A stretch of DNA of 64,000 nt from Octopus vulgaris (Eukaryota), in NCBI GenBank assembly GCA_951406725.2, contig OX597817.1:71052001-71116000 (forward strand), given 5' to 3'. Numbering within the stretch: position 1 is the stretch's first letter; each line of letters opens with the position of its first letter. The translations under genes were made by a program, and so were the position numbers. Shown here in pieces: positions 57,727 to 64,000 of the stretch. Under the pieces are notes generated by a model that saw only the letters and a list, made by a program, of their open reading frames with translations, was not told the origin of the DNA and did not search any database.

Positions 57727-59215
57727 AACAGGTGGGGCAGAAGTGGGTAGGGGCTGTGCTATTGGTGCAGGTGGCTCTGGCTTTCCGCATCTGGCGTTTC
57801 TGTTCTGCTGACTGAATCCGTCTCTCCTCGGCTGTCTTTGCTCCTGTGGTGATTGCGCTGCGCCAGGATGAGCGGTCGGCAGCAAGTGTCTCCCAAGTCT
57901 CTGTGCCAATGGAGAAGTCTTTGAGAGAGACTTTGAGACTGTCCTTGAAGCGCTTCTTCTGCCCTCCGACTTTGCGTTTGCCCTGGCTGAGTTCACCGTA
58001 GAAGAGCTGTTTTGGGATGCGAGTGTCGGACATGCGGGAGACGTGGCCTGCCCATCTCAGCTGGGCCTTGCGCATGATCGTGATGGTGCTAGGGAGATCT
58101 GCCTGCTTCAGAACTTCCGTGTCTGGAATTTTGTCCTGCCAGCGGATGTGAAGGAGGTTCCGAAGACACCTGAGGTGGAAGTGGTTTATCTGGCGCTCGT
58201 GCCTTCGGTAAGCAGTCCACGTCTCGCAGCCGTATAGTAGGGTGGTAAGCACGACTGCCCGGTAGACTTTCAGCTTGGTGTTGAGGCTGATTCCTCTCCG
58301 CTCCCAGATTTTCTTTCGCAGTCTCCCAAACGCGCTGCTTACCTTGGAGATTCTGTTGATGATTTCAGCATCTATGTTGGCATTGCAGGAGAGAGTACTG
58401 CCCAGGTAGGTGAAGTTTTCCACCGCTCGTAGGATCCGTCCGTTCACCTTTATCTGAGGCTCATGGTATTGTTTGCCGGGGGCTGGCTGAAACATCACTT
58501 CGGCTTTCTTGGCACTGATGGTGAGACCGAAGTTGTCACAGGCTGATGAGAACCTGTCCATCCCGAGCTGCATCTCCTGCTCATCGATTGCGTTAAGGGC
58601 GCAGTCGTCAGCAAAGAGAAAGTCTCTGACGACTGTCTCCCTCACCTTTGTGACGGCCTGCAATCTTCTGGAGTTGAAAAGTTTCCCGTCCGTACTTTAC
58701 TTGATGTTGATACCGGACTTGCAGTCCCTGAAGGCGTCGGACAGCATTGCCGAGAACATGATGCTGAACAGTGTTGGGGCCAGGACACAGCCCTGCCTGA
58801 CTCCGTTGGTCACCTGGAAGACTTCAGATGAGTTGCCGTCTTCAAGGACTCTGGCTGTCATTCCGTCGTGGAACTGGCGGACAATTGCAATAAATTTGCT
58901 GGGGCAATCAAATTTTCCCATGACCTTCCAGAGTCCCTCCCGACTGACTGTATCGAAAGCCCTGGTGAGGTTAACAAAGGTCATGCAGAGGTCAAGGTGC
59001 TGCTCCATGCATTTCTCCTGGAGCTGGCGGGCGGCGAATATCATGTCAGTGGTCCCTCGACCCGCGCGGAAGCCACACTGGCTCTCAGGGAGAAGGCCTG
59101 GCTCCAAGTGTTCCAGAAGGCGGTCAAGCAGGACTTGCTATGGACAAGAGGGAGATTCCTCGGTGGTTGTCGCAGGACTGCCGATCTCCTTTCCGCTTAT
59201 AAACGTGGACGATTG
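57727..59215 (-). pseudogene. Well-preserved, GC-rich RTE-clade LINE fragment (RT + C-terminus), truncated, with one frameshift and a short deletion
   Basis: DNHRGISLLS, PESQCGFR, RAFDTV, GVRQGCVLAPTLF, LFADDCAL, FTYLGS, LLYGCETW, LRWAGHV, CPTC. Confidence 0.95.
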
Positions 59216-59370
59216 TATGGGATACATGTAGCACGATTACAATCTTTTTAGGGTGTGTAAAGAGGAAAATAACCCCCATCTGCAATTTTGATAAAATTCA
59301 AAACATAGGTATTCGAGTTCATTACAGAAAATATATAACAGAAAAGTCTAATTCTTCAATTGCATGTAAC

Positions 59371-59397
59371 ACGGGCAACGCCGGTTAACTCTGCTAG
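59371..59397 (+). mobile_element. Helitron-like 3' terminus
   Basis: GC-rich hairpin-like cgggcaacgccgg followed about 10 nt later by CTAG|T. Confidence 0.55.
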
Positions 59398-59940
59398 TTA
59401 TTTATAAACAAAGAACAAACCGATTCAGATCTCCTGCAATAAACTAGGCAGCGAAAGAGGACTGCATGTGGTGGCTTGTCTCTGTTAGAAAAAGAGACCA
59501 AGTACTCCACGAATCATGCCCTACAATCTAAGAAAAAGTGACGACGTTGTCATGACTGATCCTAGGAGGTATCGATCATTGCTGATCTTGGGTCAAGTTA
59601 CAGCAGAAGTGACTACAACAACAACAACAGCAACAACAGTAATAATAATAACAAATATTGGCGTTTTTGCTAAAACTGTTTACAGTGTTATCCATTGGAA
59701 GGGTTGGTCTCATGGTCATATCAAAGGCAGAACCAGAATATCTTCACACTTAAAAAAAAAACAAAAAAAACATAAAAATGCGCAGGAGTGGCTGTGTGGT
59801 AAGAAGTTTGTTTCCCAGCCACATGGTTCCGGGTTCAGTCCCACTGCATGGCACCTCGGGTAAGTGTCTTCTACTATAGCCTCGTGTGAACCAAAGCATT
59901 GTGAACAGATGTGGTAGACGGACACTTAAAGAAGCCCATC

Positions 59941-60003
<63 letters not shown>

Positions 60004-60494
60004 TATACATTTATGTGTGTGTGTATGTGTGTGTATGCAAAAGAGACCGATAGAATAAGTGCTAGGCTTGCAAAGAATAAGTCCTGGGGGCGATTTGTTC
60101 GATTAAAGTCGGTGCTCCAGTATGGCCGCAGTCAAATTACTGAAACAGGTAAGAGAATATACGAAAAACGAATGCTGATGGAACTTTTGGATTAAAAACA
60201 GCAACTTGGTGCAAACACGATAAACTGGATATTGCTCTTTCAGACAATGAACAAAAAATAGCACCAGGAATGTGAATGGCGTATCAAGTGGGGATTGCAG
60301 CGGGGGGATTACATCTATAGTGAATTATTGATTAGCTTACAGCTCTTGCATCCGGATTATAGACTGTCATTTCCATAAGAGTTACTCGGATATGCAATAA
60401 CAAATTTGCCCAGAAGCCCCGAATTCCTAGGTTTATCCAAGATGAAAATAAATTGACATAAGTACTCATAATATAAGCTATTAGTGGTACAAAC

Positions 60495-61483
60495 TGGATC
60501 TAGTTAAACTGATTCACAAAATCACCCCTCTTTAATTTGCTCAGATTGCTTTCAATTTTGGTGTATCGATGCAACTCTGAATTTTGACTACGATTAACTA
60601 ATTACTTTATCTCATAAATTAAAGAATCTGATGTTATTTGGAATTAAATTTCATCAGAATTAAATTTCATCGGAATTAAAGTTCATCATTCTAGTTGCAT
60701 AATCAACTTAACTGGTTACACATTCAGCTGGTACTTATTTTATCACCCCTCAAAGAATGAAAGGCAATGTCTTTCAAAAGATGAACGGTAAACATCCATT
60801 TCCTTTAGTTTTTGTTCACTTATACACATCAGCAAATGAGCCAATGAGGTAATCTCTGTAAGGCTGTTCAATTTGCTAGAAATAACAGCCAAGTCTCCCT
60901 CATATTATGCTCTAACATTTTAAAAATGAAGGACACATTAAATAATGTTGTTCTATATTTTCAATAGAAATACAGAATGGTTCATTCTGGCCTGTTCTGG
61001 ATTGAAACTGAAAGGTATTCGTTGCAACAAATATAAACATAGAAAAACTTCACGAAATATATGTAAATATATGTATGAAAAATATATGAAAAACTGTAAA
61101 ATATTAAGGCTATTGACGAAAAATATCTACAATAAATTTCTGTTTGATAAATGTAAATCTTTATAAAAACAAAACACGCGGGTGACGTAAATCTCGTGGT
61201 GTGAAGAATCTGCACAAGACAACGTGCAGGTGAAGTGAAACACAACACAACGTGCAGGTGTTATGGTAACAAGCTGTTAATGCCATGCTGTCTGTTGATT
61301 GGCTAAAATTACCGAAATTTTGCCAACTTTAATTTCAAAATAATATCAGTTTCTTTAATTTACGAGATAAAGTAATTGGTTGATCGTAATCAAAATTCAG
61401 ATTTGCATCGAGACGCCAAAATTGAAAGCAATCTGAGCAAAATCGACGGGGGCTCATTTTGTGAATCAATTTAACTAGATTCA
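60495..61483. mobile_element. MITE-like DNA element with diverged TIRs of about 160 bp; related sequence at about 55010-55292
   Basis: tggatctagttaaactgattcacaaaat... versus ...attttgtgaatcaatttaactagattca. Confidence 0.75.
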
Positions 61484-62595
61484 TGAAACATTCCAAGGAT
61501 TCTCCATTTGAGGTTCCGGGAATGAACATATATACAAACACCTAATTATTGCAACACATTACGTAATACGTAATGAAAAAAAATACAGATGTGAACTAAA
61601 GGGACATGCGCAAACATCCAAAGAGAGCAAGTATAACCATACATGTGCCTACATATATACACTGCAATATACATACATTTCCACAAATCCCAGGAACTGA
61701 TTTGACTTTAAAAAACCCAATCACTTTGTTAGTAACAGGTTTGAAACCTAGAAGGAAAAAATGAAATAAGAATAAACTATGTGGTTATAAATACATATCT
61801 GCATGCATACATATGTACATAATACAGACATACATACATGTATGTGTATATATAGGTATGCATGTATATATATATATATAAAAGGAATACAAAAATGGGA
61901 CAAGAACGCAAAACATCCAGACAGTTAGGTGATACAAAAGTGGGACAAAAAACATCCAGACACACGAAACAAAGAAAACAAGGACGAGTCATTCGAAATT
62001 TTCTTTCCTCAGTCGAGTTCCAGATTATCTTTGCAATTTCGGCTGGTTATACTCGAGATTGCTCCAATTTGGCCAGCCCCAAGGAAAAAACGAAGCTAAG
62101 AGCACTTGTTCCTTGGAAGAAAGCAGCGAATGTATACGAAAACAAGGACGGAAAAAAAATGGAGAAATGGTACATAAATACAAATGCAAATAACAGGACA
62201 TTATCAACAGGTATCTTTCGACTAAGGACGAATTAAATAGAGGTGGCGTGTGTGGAAGTGAAGCCTTACGGCAGGGACATAAAAGATGACTGGCATGGTG
62301 AGGAATATAGATGTTGCACGATAGTCGAACCAAGAAAGAAAAGTCAGGCTTAGCCGAACACCGGTCACGTAGAGAGATAGGAGAAAGGTAGAGGCAGAGG
62401 GACAGAAGAATTAGCGATGGATGAGAAAAAACAGAAAAGGGTCAGAGTGAAGTGAAAGAGGAGGGAAGGTGAGAATGAAGAGAAAGCCAGGGAATGTGAG
62501 AGAGAGGGAACGAAAGAAAGAAGAGTGGAAAGAACGAAGTGTGAAGGGATTCATAGACAGAAAGAAAGAATGAAAGAATAAGAGAGTCGTACAAA

Positions 62596-62654
<59 letters not shown>

Positions 62655-62696
62655 CTCTTTTAGTTTCAGCTCAGAGCTGCGGCCATGCTATATGTA

Positions 62697-62768
<72 letters not shown>

Positions 62769-63771
62769 AGACCAAAGTGTACGTACGCCGCAATATGTAT
62801 ATAAAAAGGAATACAAAAAATAGGACAAGAATGCAAAACATCCAGACAGCTAGATGATACAAAAAAGGGACAAGAAAAAATACGGACGAGTCATTCGAAG
62901 TTTTCTTTCCTCAGTCGAGTTTCAGATTAGCTTTGCAATTTTGGCTGGTTATACTCGAGATTGCTCCAATCTGGCCAGCCCCAAGGAAAAACTAAGCTAA
63001 GAGCACTTGTTCCTTTGAAGAAATCTGCGAATGTATACGAAAACGAGGACGGAAAAGTAAAAAAAAAGAAAACGGAGAAATGGTACATAAATACAAATGC
63101 AATTAACAGGACATAACAACAGGTGTCTTTCGACTAAGGACGAATTAAATTAAGCTGGCGTGTTTGGAAGTGAAGCCTTACGGCAGGGGCATGAGATTTG
63201 ACAGGCATCGTGAGGAATATATGCATATGTGTATATATGTTCTCTACGAAATACGAAGCCGCATAGGAATTTAGTAAGATCTGCAGTTTCACAGCTTCAA
63301 AAAATATACATACTCGACATTATACTAAGTACTCTTAGACAGAGATAGAAAAATAGATAGATAGATAGAGGGGGAGGAGGAGAGAGATAGAAACAGAAAG
63401 AGAGAGAGCGACAGAGATTGAGAGAAAGAGGTAAAGAGATTCAGAAGTGTATTGTGCGCGTGCACGTGTGTCTATGTGTGTGTGCGTGTGTGCGTGTGTT
63501 GTGCTTGTGTGTCAGTAGATGTTTGTGAGAATGATAAAGCTCGATATGTGAATGACAATGACAAAGGCTAAAGGCACTACAACGATGACGACAAACATAA
63601 CATCGAAGAACCAAAAAATAAACCAAAAATATAAACAGAAAGAATACTAACAGCATGCTTGGTTGGTTTTCCTATTAATGAAATTGCAAAAAACAACAAA
63701 CATACAGCAATAACACCACCACGTCCTATACGTAACCTGCCAAAATATAATACTATTGTTATTATTATTAC

Positions 63772-63829
<58 letters not shown>

Positions 63830-64000
63830 TAAAGTTAATAAAAGAAAACAGAAATAAATAAAAAAAAAAATAGTTGGAGCGCAGTAAAAGTGACAACTAT
63901 GCTGAAACTTTACATTCACTAAGTTTACCAAGAAGGAAAAAAAATGCGGTTAATGGCAGCATCTAGGTGCCAAATTAATTTCGTTGATGGAATTAGAACG

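Noticed and set aside
62886-62920. Minus-strand CTGAGGA...GAAT as a hammerhead, and the upstream pseudoknot as an HDV ribozyme
   Set aside because: Lacks GAAA/UH geometry, and lacks the HDV P3/L3/P1.1 elements; kept only as an unclassified structure candidate

Overview
Repeat-saturated, AT-rich animal genomic DNA. The SINE families, the dense (TA)n/(CATA)n/(AAT)n/(CA)n microsatellites and the transposon mix point to an octopod cephalopod (Octopus-like); this is an inference. I found no confidently supported host protein-coding exon, and most ORF-track entries are microsatellite translations. The window holds at least five tRNA-derived SINE families, three DD34D mariners plus a head-to-head mariner derivative, and RTE, CR1, CRE-like and R4/Dong-like non-LTR fragments. 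It also holds Helitron and hAT/Tc1 MITEs and a 1.25-kb A/T-tract satellite inside a CR1 relic. The most notable signal is a tRNA-headed SINE-like element carrying a minimal type I hammerhead ribozyme of the Penelope/retrozyme kind. It occurs in 3 copies, two of them forming an inverted pair inside one 13-bp TSD, and two unrelated repeats carry further minimal hammerhead variants. Other highlights are an R4-like retroelement apparently targeting (CATA)n, a twin-priming-type inverted RTE, and locally templated insertions. Coordinates were read by eye; element boundaries are approximate.
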